DNA from: Akkermansia sp.
Lineage (GTDB): Bacteria; Verrucomicrobiota; Verrucomicrobiia; Verrucomicrobiales; Akkermansiaceae
Direction: 5' to 3'
Length of the DNA stretch: 64,000 nucleotides
Assembly (NCBI GenBank): GCA_045540095.1
Contig: JAZQGN010000015.1
Span: 89,397 to 153,396, forward strand
The translations under genes and the position numbers were made by a program. Position 1 is the first letter of the stretch; every line of letters begins with the position of its first letter. The notes beneath the pieces were generated by a model that did not search any database, was not told where the DNA came from, and was given only the letters and a program-made list of their open reading frames with translations. Below are positions 18,787 to 28,355 of the stretch, in pieces.

Positions 18787-19440
18787 TTACTTTTCGCAGT
18801 AGGTGCGCACAGCAGCAGCGATGCGAGCGGATACATCCTCAGGCTCGCCTTCCTCCACCACGTCAATCTGAACCACCTTATCCTGAGCGCGGTAGTGCTC
18901 TACCACAGGAACAGTAAGGGTTTCATAATCTTTGCGGCGCTTAGCAAAAGCCTCGGGGTTGTCATCGGTTCGCACAATCATGGCACCACCACACTTGGGG
19001 CAAACTTCCTCACCATTACGGGTGGTCTCGCCGCAGGCGGGGCATGCCTTGCGCTTAAGCATGCGAGCCTCGATAAGTTCGGCAGATACGTTCAGGTAAA
19101 TCACGATATCAACACCAAGGCCCATAGCGGTCAGGTTGGCGTCCAGAGTCTCGGCCTGAGCAACGGTGCGGGGATAGCCGTCCAAGAGGCAGCCGCAGTC
19201 CTTATTCTCACCCAGCCACTTGGCTACGATGCCGTTCACCACCTCATCGGGTACGAACATGGCAGCATCCATGTACTTCTTAGCTTCCAGACCCAGCTCA
19301 GAGCCAGCAGCAATCTCAGCGCGCAGCAGAGCGCCGGTGCTCAGCGGCTTGAGGCCGTAGGTCTCGGAAAGGAAGTTAGACTGCGTGCCTTTACCGGAAG
19401 CCGGGGCACCCACAAGTACGAATCTCTTGAGCGTTTTCAT
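18787..19440 (-). CDS. adk: adenylate kinase with Zn-binding LID
   Basis: GAPASGKGTQ, STGALLR, LLDGYPRT, LID CPAC..CPKC, RTDD. Confidence 0.96.
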   Translation of the reverse strand: MKTLKRFVLVGAPASGKGTQSNFLSETYGLKPLSTGALLRAEIAAGSELGLEAKKYMDAAMFVPDEVVNGIVAKWLGENKDCGCLLDGYPRTVAQAETLDANLTAMGLGVDIVIYLNVSAELIEARMLKRKACPACGETTRNGEEVCPKCGGAMIVRTDDNPEAFAKRRKDYETLTVPVVEHYRAQDKVVQIDVVEEGEPEDVSARIAAAVRTYCEK

Positions 19441-19556
19441 ATTTATGTAAGATTGAGCTCGCCTCCGTTTTCAGCAGGCGTCATTGGCATTATGCCTTAT
19501 TTTGTCAGAAATGCAAGCACATAATTCACGATGGCGTAGCAAATACCTTTCAGACA

Positions 19557-19904
19557 TCAGCTTCCACTACCATTATTCAGCATGGTAGCGGCCATGATAT
19601 TACCGCTTCGTGCAGCAATGCGCAGTGCTGCTATTGCCTTCTCAGAGTCCTTTGTAATGATGGTACCCTGAATGAGGCACATTGCTAGCACAAAGAGCGC
19701 CACATGGTCGCCACTCTGTGCTGCGGCTTCTAGGTTTGCGAGATCCTCGCGAGTCTTTACCTGAGCAAAATAAACACGAGCAAGCTGATTCTGTGCCTCG
19801 GCATGGCCGGCAAAGGAAGCGTTGCGAAGATGCTCGGCACCTTCAGTTGCCTTGCCGGCCTTAAATGCGGCGGCTCCAAGTTGATATTCCTTGTCAGCGT
19901 CCAT
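19557..19904 (-). CDS. small Sel1-like repeat protein
   Basis: GHAEAQNQLA, GDHVALFVLA, GNIMAATML repeats; start overlaps GH20 stop. Confidence 0.7.
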   Translation of the reverse strand: MDADKEYQLGAAAFKAGKATEGAEHLRNASFAGHAEAQNQLARVYFAQVKTREDLANLEAAAQSGDHVALFVLAMCLIQGTIITKDSEKAIAALRIAARSGNIMAATMLNNGSGS

Positions 19905-22213
19905 TATTTCTGAGGCTCGGAAAACTCTACTCGAAGGCTGTAAACCTTGCCATTGAAGCTCTCACCGAGCGTCTGCAGGGGAAGGATGAAGGTAGAGCGC
20001 AGGCCATTAGTGCGGTTCTTCCAGCCATTTTCGCGGTCGAGATAGTTCATGAGGGTAAGCGTACCGATTTCCTGACCATCCACAAGGAGCTTGGTATTCT
20101 GCGGCTGGCCAATGAGTTCAATCTTAATGCGCTTACCGACGGGCAGACAACCACCGAAGGAGAACTCCATGGTATCACTGCGGCGGAAACCCATCGTACC
20201 GTCCTTCATGACTGCAATGAGCTGGCCTTCCGGGCCACTGAGCAGCACCTGTTCTGTCCCCTCGGGGGCGGCAGTGAGTTCAATCTCAGCTGTAAGATGA
20301 TAATTCGGGCCGGCTGCAGCCTCATTCAGCTGCATGGGCAGGGCGGAGGGTGTCACGCATACGGGAGCATCACCGGCGCGTACATTCTGGGGATTCAGGC
20401 CGGGGGCTTCACCAACCTTAGCCGCAAGTGCGCGGTGTTGTTCAAAGGTGCCGGGGTTATGCTCAGTGCCCCACATGCGCTGGCTGAGCACATCTGTGGA
20501 ATGGCGGAATATCTCCCAGATGTCATACATGCCATAACCGGAGTGTCTCAGGTCCGTTATGTCGTTCCAGATGGCATAAGTGGCACCAATGAGGTTTGGG
20601 TGACCAGCAGGAATGTGGTAATTGCCCACATAGTTGGGACGCCAGTTATTGTATACCCAGCGGTGGTTCCTATCCATGCGGTAATAGTTAGCAAAGGGAA
20701 CGATGTAGAGATGGCCATCATTGGTATTAATGAGCTTGTAGCCGGCGTTCATAGCCTCTACGGGATTCTGCCACTGACTGCTCCAGAGGTTCATTTCCAC
20801 GCCCTCGGCAATAACGGGTGTTTTACCGGGCTTGTGAGTAAGACTTCCCCAAACACGCGGAGTGTAGCCACGGCCAAGCACATAGCGGAGGAGGCCATCA
20901 CAATACTTTCTGTAAGACTCGGCATCACCATAGAACTCATCAGCGCCCACGTGAATCACGCAGTCTTCCAGAACGGGGCGTTCCAATTCAGCGTCCGGCA
21001 GCAGGTATTCATCCAGCACCTCACCCACAAACTTGAGCGTTTCAGGATTGGCGGCATCAATATGATCACTGCGGCGGCCGGGATTGCCCATCGGGCCCTG
21101 ATAAATGAGGTCCGGGCGAACACGGGTGAAGGAAAGAGCGTGACCGGGGGTATCAAACTCAGGTACGATATTGACGCCGCGTACGCGAGCATAATCAATG
21201 AGCTCGCGGAACTCTCGCTTGGTGTAGAATACGTCCTGTGCGGTAAGCGGCACGCCGTTTTCACCCACCATGCGGCTTTCCAGACGGAATGCGGTGTAAG
21301 CCTCAGTGAGCGGGTCGCGACCATCCTTCACGTACTCTTCAAGGAAGATGTAGTTATTGTTGATGACGATGTGAAGGTCATTCATCTTATACCACGCCAT
21401 GGTATCGATGACCTTGCGGAGGTCATCAAGAGTGTAGGGGGTACGGGCAGCGTCAAAAAGTACACCGCGCACGCGGTAACGGGGTTCATCCCAAGCACGG
21501 CCGCAAGGAATGCGGTTTTCGCTCAACTTGAGTATCTGCAGCACAGTGCGAGAGCCCCACATTAACCCTTTAGCTGAGCGAGCGCTGATGGTCACCACGC
21601 CCTCCTGAGCCTCCATTCCATAAGCTTCATCACTGACTTCACCGGAGATACGGGAATCAATCACGAAGTTAATGGAGGAGGCTTCATTGGGGGCATTGGC
21701 AACTTGCACCTCGGCTCCGGTGATGGCGGCCAAATCAGCCACAATGATATCACGAAGCTCCGCTGCTTCGGGAGCAATGTATACCTTCACCGTATCACCT
21801 ACGGCAAAAGAACCGGTGCCGCCGTTCCACTGGAGCAGAGAGGGAATGACCTGTGGCTTAGCATTGCCTGCTGTGCAGCCATCGTCGGCCACGCCACGGG
21901 GGGATACGCGCACAGGATAATCACGGCTGAACGCTTCCTCTCCATTCTTCCTTACGCGGAAGTTGATGATGACGGGAGTATCACTCAAAACATCAGAGGC
22001 GAACAGGCAATCTCCACTCTGGGAAATAATGCCCTCATAGTCCGCACCAAGGAACTCTACGGTAGCACCGTCAGCGGTGGGAATAGGCATGAACTCGCCG
22101 CTCTTTATTGAGGCGGGAACGCTGAGGCTGTCAGCAATTTGTCTGGCGGTCTGTGCCATCAAGGGGGAAACAGTCATGGCTGCCAACATCAAAAGGATGG
22201 ATCTCTTAGTCAT
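19904..22213 (-). CDS. GH20 beta-N-acetylhexosaminidase, secreted
   Basis: signal peptide; DEAY..I, DEPRYRVRGVLFDAAR, WYKMN, VPEFDTPGH, HVGADE catalytic pair, INTND. Confidence 0.92.
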   Translation of the reverse strand: MTKRSILLMLAAMTVSPLMAQTARQIADSLSVPASIKSGEFMPIPTADGATVEFLGADYEGIISQSGDCLFASDVLSDTPVIINFRVRKNGEEAFSRDYPVRVSPRGVADDGCTAGNAKPQVIPSLLQWNGGTGSFAVGDTVKVYIAPEAAELRDIIVADLAAITGAEVQVANAPNEASSINFVIDSRISGEVSDEAYGMEAQEGVVTISARSAKGLMWGSRTVLQILKLSENRIPCGRAWDEPRYRVRGVLFDAARTPYTLDDLRKVIDTMAWYKMNDLHIVINNNYIFLEEYVKDGRDPLTEAYTAFRLESRMVGENGVPLTAQDVFYTKREFRELIDYARVRGVNIVPEFDTPGHALSFTRVRPDLIYQGPMGNPGRRSDHIDAANPETLKFVGEVLDEYLLPDAELERPVLEDCVIHVGADEFYGDAESYRKYCDGLLRYVLGRGYTPRVWGSLTHKPGKTPVIAEGVEMNLWSSQWQNPVEAMNAGYKLINTNDGHLYIVPFANYYRMDRNHRWVYNNWRPNYVGNYHIPAGHPNLIGATYAIWNDITDLRHSGYGMYDIWEIFRHSTDVLSQRMWGTEHNPGTFEQHRALAAKVGEAPGLNPQNVRAGDAPVCVTPSALPMQLNEAAAGPNYHLTAEIELTAAPEGTEQVLLSGPEGQLIAVMKDGTMGFRRSDTMEFSFGGCLPVGKRIKIELIGQPQNTKLLVDGQEIGTLTLMNYLDRENGWKNRTNGLRSTFILPLQTLGESFNGKVYSLRVEFSEPQK

Positions 22214-22261
22214 GGTTATTCGTTATTATATTAATTTGCCGGAGCTTGTCCAGCAAGAAAT

Positions 22262-23038
22262 TTAGGGTGTCACATTTATCCAAGGCAGGCGATATGCCGC
22301 CGGTGCGCAGTGTAAGTTGGTACCCAATTGCAATTCATCTAACGTCTGCTGCATAGCTAAACGAGCCTTATCGGGCGTATTACAATCTTGGCTTATATGG
22401 GCAAGAACAATATGCTGCAAGTCCGGATGTGCAATCTGGCGCACGAACTCGCCGGCCTGCTCGTTAGAAAGGTGCCCAAAGTTGCTCTCAATACGCTCTA
22501 TGAGATGCATAGGGCGCCCTGAGTTATACAGCATAGCGTGGTCATAGTTGGACTCAAGATAGAGTGCATGCACACCCTGCATAAGGCTATCCATGCCGCG
22601 CATAATTCTCCCTGTATCAGTAATGTAACCAAGCTTCACGCCATCGCATTCGAAGAGGTAGCCCACTGGGTCTGTGGCATCGTGACTTACCTGAAACGGC
22701 GTTACTTGAAAAGCACCAATCTGCACACGGCTGCCCGGTTCTATGTAGGAAAAGGTAGCCGAGGGTGCCACGGGTCTCAAATCCTGCCCGAGATAACGCG
22801 TGCAGTAAATATGAAGGCTATCCTTTTTGGAAAGCACACCCAGCCCACAGGTGTGGTCCGTATGCTCATGTGTAAAGAGCAGACCGGAAAGCTGGCGAAC
22901 ACAGAGCCCGCATTCTTCCAGACCCCTGCGAATGCGTGTGGCGCTGATGCCTGCATCCACTAATAAATGGGTGCCACCGCCTGAGATGACGGTGGCATTC
23001 CCTTTACTACTACTAGCTAGAGTAGATATGCGAATCAT
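22262..23038 (-). CDS. MBL-fold metallohydrolase (YycJ/WalJ-like)
   Basis: LASSSKGNA, LVDAG, THEHTDH, SHDA, ESNYD, GHLSN, LAHISQDCN. Confidence 0.88.
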   Translation of the reverse strand: MIRISTLASSSKGNATVISGGGTHLLVDAGISATRIRRGLEECGLCVRQLSGLLFTHEHTDHTCGLGVLSKKDSLHIYCTRYLGQDLRPVAPSATFSYIEPGSRVQIGAFQVTPFQVSHDATDPVGYLFECDGVKLGYITDTGRIMRGMDSLMQGVHALYLESNYDHAMLYNSGRPMHLIERIESNFGHLSNEQAGEFVRQIAHPDLQHIVLAHISQDCNTPDKARLAMQQTLDELQLGTNLHCAPAAYRLPWINVTP

Positions 23039-24561
23039 TACTCCTGCTCAGATGTTTGCTCAGAATTGCCCGGAAGTTGCGCGGCGTCAAAATTAGGCTG
23101 AATATCAGCTTGGTCAAGCACATCAAGAGGCTTGCCATAGTAACGACCGGTCTGGGCTCGGAGGAAGGCCGTCACGTTCTCTACCTGTGACTCACTAGCT
23201 GTGGTGCGGGTCTGCGTATCAAACATGATACGCACAGCGTCTTCAAGCTTGCTAACGGTACCGGTGTGGAAGTACGGAGCCGTGAGCGCGATGTTGCGAA
23301 GGTTCGGCACGCGGAACATATCACGGTGCTCTTCTTTACGCGTGAAGTCCTGAAGACCGTGGGCTCCTTCCGTATACCCCTCAGCATGTGCCCGCAAGTC
23401 AGCATGCGTGTTAATGAACTCAAAGCTCTGACCACCGAGCGTCGGGCCGCCATGGCAAGTAGCGCAACCGTAATTCAGGAAGGTGTGCATACCTTCTACC
23501 TGCTGCTCAGTCATGGCCGTGGCATCACCGGTAAGATAGCGGTCAAAGTCTGAATCCGGCGTGACAAGGGTGCGCTCGAAGGCCGCAATGGCATTCGTGA
23601 TGGTTTCCGCTGTAATACCAGCTTCACCATATACAAGGGGGAAGAGAATACGATACTCTGGGTCATCCTTCAGCTTAGCTGCGATTTCATTCCAGTCTTC
23701 AGGTTTGCTGTAACCCATTTCCACAGGATTCAGGGGAGGACCACCTGCCTGTTCCTGAAGATCGGCTGCTCGTCCATCCCAGAACTGGCGGATATTACCC
23801 GCTGCATTGTACACGGTGGGCGCATTCACACCACCAAGCTGAGGCTTACCATCCGGGCCGGGAACACCCTCGGACTTGGGCAGATTATCCGTGCCTCCAC
23901 GGGTGAGGTCATGACAGCTGGCACAGGATACCTGATTAGTCGTGGAGAGGCGGGGGTCATGGAAAAGTCTGCGGCCCAGATACACCTTTGCCCATGCCTG
24001 CTGCATTGCCTCAGGGGTACGGGCCGCTGCATCCGCCGGGATACCCCAAGCTTGCGCCACAAACTCGGCCTCTGACATATGAGCAGGGCGAATGGGGGAG
24101 AACGTGCGACGAATTGCGGCATCCTCAGAATAGTAGTGACGCAGCAATGTTACATCATCCATGGTAAGGCCGGAGCCAAGATGTACAGCCGTGTAAAGAG
24201 CTGGGGGCATACTGCGAGTGCGCAGCACTTGGTCCATCTTGCGGAAATCTACATCGCTATGGCGGATAGAGCCATCAGGAGTCATGACGAAGGCTCGCTG
24301 AGCCCCCTGAATGTCACGCTTTACCTGCCCAAGAGAAAGCAGATTCGAAAGGCCATTAAACTGAGGGTTAGCTCCGTGGCAGGCAGCACACTTACTCTGC
24401 ATGATGACGTTTGCCACAGCCTCGGCCTGCTCCGGAGTAGTGGGCACAGGCAGATTGCTTTTCTTTGTTGCAGGACTGATGATAACAGAAAACACACCGG
24501 CTGTCAGAATGGTGACTGTAGCAGCCGAGATGCCAAAAAGATAAGGGGTTATTTTACTCAT
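23038..24561 (-). CDS. triheme cytochrome c peroxidase (YhjA/quinol peroxidase type)
   Basis: N-terminal TM; three CxxCH (CAACH, CASCH, CATCH); NAPTVYN, QFWDGRA, NPVEM, VPNLRNIALTAPYFHTG. Confidence 0.9.
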   Translation of the reverse strand: MSKITPYLFGISAATVTILTAGVFSVIISPATKKSNLPVPTTPEQAEAVANVIMQSKCAACHGANPQFNGLSNLLSLGQVKRDIQGAQRAFVMTPDGSIRHSDVDFRKMDQVLRTRSMPPALYTAVHLGSGLTMDDVTLLRHYYSEDAAIRRTFSPIRPAHMSEAEFVAQAWGIPADAAARTPEAMQQAWAKVYLGRRLFHDPRLSTTNQVSCASCHDLTRGGTDNLPKSEGVPGPDGKPQLGGVNAPTVYNAAGNIRQFWDGRAADLQEQAGGPPLNPVEMGYSKPEDWNEIAAKLKDDPEYRILFPLVYGEAGITAETITNAIAAFERTLVTPDSDFDRYLTGDATAMTEQQVEGMHTFLNYGCATCHGGPTLGGQSFEFINTHADLRAHAEGYTEGAHGLQDFTRKEEHRDMFRVPNLRNIALTAPYFHTGTVSKLEDAVRIMFDTQTRTTASESQVENVTAFLRAQTGRYYGKPLDVLDQADIQPNFDAAQLPGNSEQTSEQE

Positions 24562-24627
24562 GAAATCAGATGGAGAAAGTTCTTATGTGGATATTTTAGC
24601 ATGTTTTGTTGTGATTGCAAGAAGAAA

Positions 24628-25590
24628 TCACTTGCTGTCTGAACCACGTTCCGCTCGCTCCCTGCGAAGTTTTTCGAGCAATCGTTCAGGAGATGCGAAG
24701 TCTCGGTTCAGCGATGCCATTGCGCCGGCTCTGGCATCAGGGTGGAGGCAGTGCTGAATAAGAAGCAGGTTATCAAGCCGAATAGCCTCGATGTCGTCGA
24801 GCGTATCAGCCGTTAGTGTTCGTTGATAGATACGTTCTCGCAGAAGATCAGCCAAGGCAACTTGCAGTGTCTGTCTACGAGCGTTGGAGACGGAGGGCAG
24901 GGATTTAATGAGTAACGTGATGGCGTCTTCTGCTTGCAATCTGCTGGCCTGCGTTAGTGTATGACTTGCCAATTCAATGTCGCGAATTTCAGCATGGACA
25001 CCGGTTTCATCCGTCGGGTCTAAAGCTGCAATTTCCTCTCTAAGGGCCGCCATGTTGTCCCGGAACGCAGAGGGGATATTTTGGTAGAAACTCATGAGTA
25101 TAGCTGCGCGTTGAGCTCCTAGTGAAGAATCCGCTTGTTTCAGGATAGCGGCATTTTCATGGGCTTGCCTCAGTGGGGTGATAACTGCTTCCCTCGTGTT
25201 TCTACCTCCGGCGATTCCTCCTAAAAGTATGCCATCCGGCGAAATGGCAATCAATGAAGGAAACATCGTAATGTTATATCTTACCATCAAATCGCGATTC
25301 TGTGACAAGGTGTCAGCAGGTATTCGGGACGTATCTTTGGGTAAATCAATCTCTAGTAAAACGAAGCGCTCAGTTGCAAAATTCAGAAACTCCGCAGTGT
25401 CCAGCACCTCGCGGCGTAAAATTGCACACCAGCCACACCAGTCTGAGCCGGTAAAAAACACCAAGATGTTCTTATCTTCTGCCAGAGCCCTCTCCCTAGC
25501 CGCTGCATAATCCATATTCCATTCTGCAGCCGCCATAACTGGAGCTACTAGACAACTTGTCGCTGCGAACAGGGAGAAAAGTTTATTCAT
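24628..25590 (-). CDS. exported thioredoxin-family protein with helical C-terminal extension
   Basis: signal peptide; FFTGSDWCGWC; FP cis-Pro loop; start at MNKLFSL behind TTGCAC-17-CAAGAT-6-ATG. Confidence 0.85.
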   Translation of the reverse strand: MNKLFSLFAATSCLVAPVMAAAEWNMDYAAARERALAEDKNILVFFTGSDWCGWCAILRREVLDTAEFLNFATERFVLLEIDLPKDTSRIPADTLSQNRDLMVRYNITMFPSLIAISPDGILLGGIAGGRNTREAVITPLRQAHENAAILKQADSSLGAQRAAILMSFYQNIPSAFRDNMAALREEIAALDPTDETGVHAEIRDIELASHTLTQASRLQAEDAITLLIKSLPSVSNARRQTLQVALADLLRERIYQRTLTADTLDDIEAIRLDNLLLIQHCLHPDARAGAMASLNRDFASPERLLEKLRRERAERGSDSK

Positions 25591-25626
25591 GCCTTTATCT
25601 TGCGATAAATTAACAGGATGTGCAAG

Positions 25627-25663
25627 AAAAAAGAACCGCTGCGGACACATCCGCAGCGGTTCT
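25627..25663 (-). terminator. intrinsic terminator after fucO
   Basis: AGAACCGCTGCGGA-caca-TCCGCAGCGGTTCT 14-bp stem with T6 tail on the minus strand. Confidence 0.9.
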
Positions 25664-25687
25664 GAAAACAAAACAGTGTTATCCTAA

Positions 25688-26848
25688 TCAACCATTGTAG
25701 GCAGTCTTGTAAACCTGCAGCACCTCTTCCCAAGTGCAGGGACGGGGATTGCCACCGGTGCAGACGTCAGCCATTGCGGCGTCAGTCAGGGCCTCAAGGT
25801 CCTCTTCCTTCACGCCGATTTCGGCCAGAGTCTGAGGAATCTTCACATCCACAGAGAGCTTCTTAACAGCCTCGATGGCAGCCTTGCGGTATTCGTCTTG
25901 GCTCATGGAATCTACACCCTGTACACCCATTACTCGAGCAATCTCGCGGAACTTCTCACCGGTGTAGGGGGCATTGTACTCCATCACATAGGGAAGGAGG
26001 ACGGCATTTGCCACGCCGTGAGGTGTGTTGTAGAAGGCACTCAGAGGATGAGCCATACCGTGCACAACGCCAAGGCCTACGTTAGAGAAAGCCATGCCGG
26101 TCATATACTGACCCAAGGCCATACCTTCACGGCCATCAGGATCATTCACTACAGCCTTGCGGAGGCTCTTGGCGATAAGCTCGATAGCCTTCAGGTTCAG
26201 GGTGTCAGCAAGCTCCCAGGCAGCCAGAGTGGTATAACCTTCAATAGCGTGAGTGAGGGCGTCCATACCTGTAGCAGCGGTAAGACCGGCAGGCATAGAG
26301 GACATCATATCAGGATCAACCACGGCAACCACGGGGATATCGTGAGGGTCAACGCACACGAACTTGCGGCGCTTAGCCTCATCAGTGATAACGTAATTGA
26401 TAGTTGTCTCAGCAGCGGTGCCGGCTGTGGTAGCTACTGCAATCACGGGTACGCACTTGTTCTTGGTGGGAGCAAGCCCCTCCAGAGATACAACATCAGC
26501 GAACTCGGGGTTGTTAATGATAATGCCGATGGCTTTGGCCGTATCCTGTGGGGAACCACCGCCAATGGCAATCATGTAGTCAGCACCGGCTGCCTTAAAG
26601 GCCTCTACGCCGGCCTCTACTACAGCCACACTGGGGTTGGCCTTTACCTTGTCGTAAATCTCGTAGGCACAACCTGCAGCCTCAAGGAGGGATGTCACTT
26701 TGGCCACTACGCCGAAGCGTACCAGATCAGCATCCGTTACCACAAGAGCCTTGGCAAAACCGCGGTTTTTCACCTCAGTCACAATCTCTTTAATGGCACC
26801 ATGACCATGATAACTTGTCTCATTCAGAATAAATCGTTTTGCGGACAT
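25688..26848 (-). CDS. fucO: lactaldehyde reductase (iron-containing alcohol dehydrogenase)
   Basis: RFILNETSYHG, GGGSPQDTAKAIGII, TTAGTAAE, GMDALTHAIEGY, GLGVVHGMAHPL, HGVANA, DVCTGGNPR. Confidence 0.93.
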   Translation of the reverse strand: MSAKRFILNETSYHGHGAIKEIVTEVKNRGFAKALVVTDADLVRFGVVAKVTSLLEAAGCAYEIYDKVKANPSVAVVEAGVEAFKAAGADYMIAIGGGSPQDTAKAIGIIINNPEFADVVSLEGLAPTKNKCVPVIAVATTAGTAAETTINYVITDEAKRRKFVCVDPHDIPVVAVVDPDMMSSMPAGLTAATGMDALTHAIEGYTTLAAWELADTLNLKAIELIAKSLRKAVVNDPDGREGMALGQYMTGMAFSNVGLGVVHGMAHPLSAFYNTPHGVANAVLLPYVMEYNAPYTGEKFREIARVMGVQGVDSMSQDEYRKAAIEAVKKLSVDVKIPQTLAEIGVKEEDLEALTDAAMADVCTGGNPRPCTWEEVLQVYKTAYNG

Positions 26849-26854
26849 GATTAC

Positions 26855-26883
26855 AATCTACCCTAATTTTAAACGCTTGGCAA
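26855..26883 (-). promoter_or_regulatory. sigma70-type promoter of fucO, probably leaderless
   Basis: TTGCCA-17-TAGATT-6-ATG. Confidence 0.6.
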
Positions 26884-27025
26884 GCATCTTTCCACGTCTT
26901 GAGAAAAAAATACGACTCTGACGTAAATTCGTATGGACAAAAAGTCCGCAAAAAGGTAACATAAACAGCGAAAAAAGGCCTCAATAAGCCGCACGTCTTC
27001 CAAAATCTTTTACTACGATACGATT

Positions 27026-27661
27026 ATGTTTAAAGGATACGCTTCTCGCCAGAAACCCGCTTCTCCTACAGCTGCGCCGACTAATGATTTTGCCGATATT
27101 CCGAGTGATTGGACGGCCCCGACTTCTACCCCCGAGGTAGCTACTCAGGGTGGATACTTCGGTGGTAGCGCAGTAGAGACTCCTGCCGCACCCTTTGGAA
27201 CTGAGGCTTCCGTTACCAATACGTCTGTAGCTTCCCGTAACGTGCTTAATTCTGACGTTTCCGTGGTGGGTATTCTCCGTTTTACGGACGACCTGCTTGT
27301 GGACGGCTCCGTGGTGGGTGAAATCACTTCCGATGGTGAGTTGACCGTTGGCTCCAACGCCACCATTCAGGCTGGTGACCAGACTAAGGTTGCTGTTCGT
27401 ACCCGCAGCGCCATCATCCATGGTCATGTGACCGGTGATGTCGTGGTGACTGACCGCGTGGAGCTTTCTGCTACCGCAGAGCTGGTGGGTGATGTGACAG
27501 CTTCTAAGATTTCCATTCAGGAGGGTGCTGTATTCATCGGCCACTGTATGGTAGGTGTTGCCACCGGTAATGCAGCTCCTTCCGCGGCTTCTTCCGTGAT
27601 GCCCAAGAAGGCCAAGACAGCTAAGGCTCCTGCCAGCAGTGACAATAATCTTCTCGGCTAA
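27026..27661 (+). CDS. bactofilin (polymer-forming cytoskeletal protein)
   Basis: NVLNSDVSVVGILRFTDDLLVDGSVVGEI..LTVG..A..HGHVTGDV..VEL..AELVGDV..ISIQEGAVFIGHC beta-helix; low-complexity termini. Confidence 0.9.
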   Translation: MFKGYASRQKPASPTAAPTNDFADIPSDWTAPTSTPEVATQGGYFGGSAVETPAAPFGTEASVTNTSVASRNVLNSDVSVVGILRFTDDLLVDGSVVGEITSDGELTVGSNATIQAGDQTKVAVRTRSAIIHGHVTGDVVVTDRVELSATAELVGDVTASKISIQEGAVFIGHCMVGVATGNAAPSAASSVMPKKAKTAKAPASSDNNLLG

Positions 27662-27678
27662 GCCGAATGTAAATTACT

Positions 27679-28329
27679 ATGCCCGGGTACAGAACAGAGC
27701 CGCTGAATGTGCCTGTAGTATCCGGGCTTTTACCTGAGAGTGAGCGCAACCGACGTGTTGCGCTCACCTCGTTTGTATCTCGTCCGGAAAAGCCACAGGT
27801 CCCTAAGCGCGAGGTTGTATGCTACGAGTGTGGGATGGCCTCTCAGGTGCCGATGGCCGCACTCTCTGCGAACTGTATCCACTGTCACGCTCACTTGAAG
27901 ATGACGGATGTGGATTTGAAACCCGGTGCACAACGCTTGACCGTGCGGACTCTGGGTAACGTAACGGTGCTGCCAGATGCCGTGCTTTCTCAGCTTTCCA
28001 TTGTATGCAATAATTGCACACTTAATGGGCGAGGTTCCGGCGCGTACCGCTGCAGCGGAACTTTGCGAGTGAGCTGCAACAATAGAATAGAGGGCTCAGT
28101 ACAGGCAAAGCGCATGTTGGTAGATAAAGCCACGGATGTTGTTCTTGCGCAGGGAGTGACGACTGATGAGCTTGTAGTGCACGGACGTTTGACCGGGAGA
28201 ATTGTAGCGAAGAAGAGTATCGTGATTCACCGGGGCGGAGAGTTATATGGTGATTGCTATTCCCCTATTCTCAGAGTGGAAGAAGGCGGCATCCATCGTG
28301 GTCAATGGCATAATGTAACTCCGGAATAA
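27679..28329 (+). CDS. bactofilin-like protein with N-terminal Zn ribbon
   Basis: CYECG..CIHCH followed by beta-helix repeats ending VHGRLTGRI..IHRGGELYGD..LRVEEGGIHRG. Confidence 0.82.
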   Translation: MPGYRTEPLNVPVVSGLLPESERNRRVALTSFVSRPEKPQVPKREVVCYECGMASQVPMAALSANCIHCHAHLKMTDVDLKPGAQRLTVRTLGNVTVLPDAVLSQLSIVCNNCTLNGRGSGAYRCSGTLRVSCNNRIEGSVQAKRMLVDKATDVVLAQGVTTDELVVHGRLTGRIVAKKSIVIHRGGELYGDCYSPILRVEEGGIHRGQWHNVTPE

Positions 28330-28355
28330 GAAGCTTATATCTCCGAATCAAGGCC

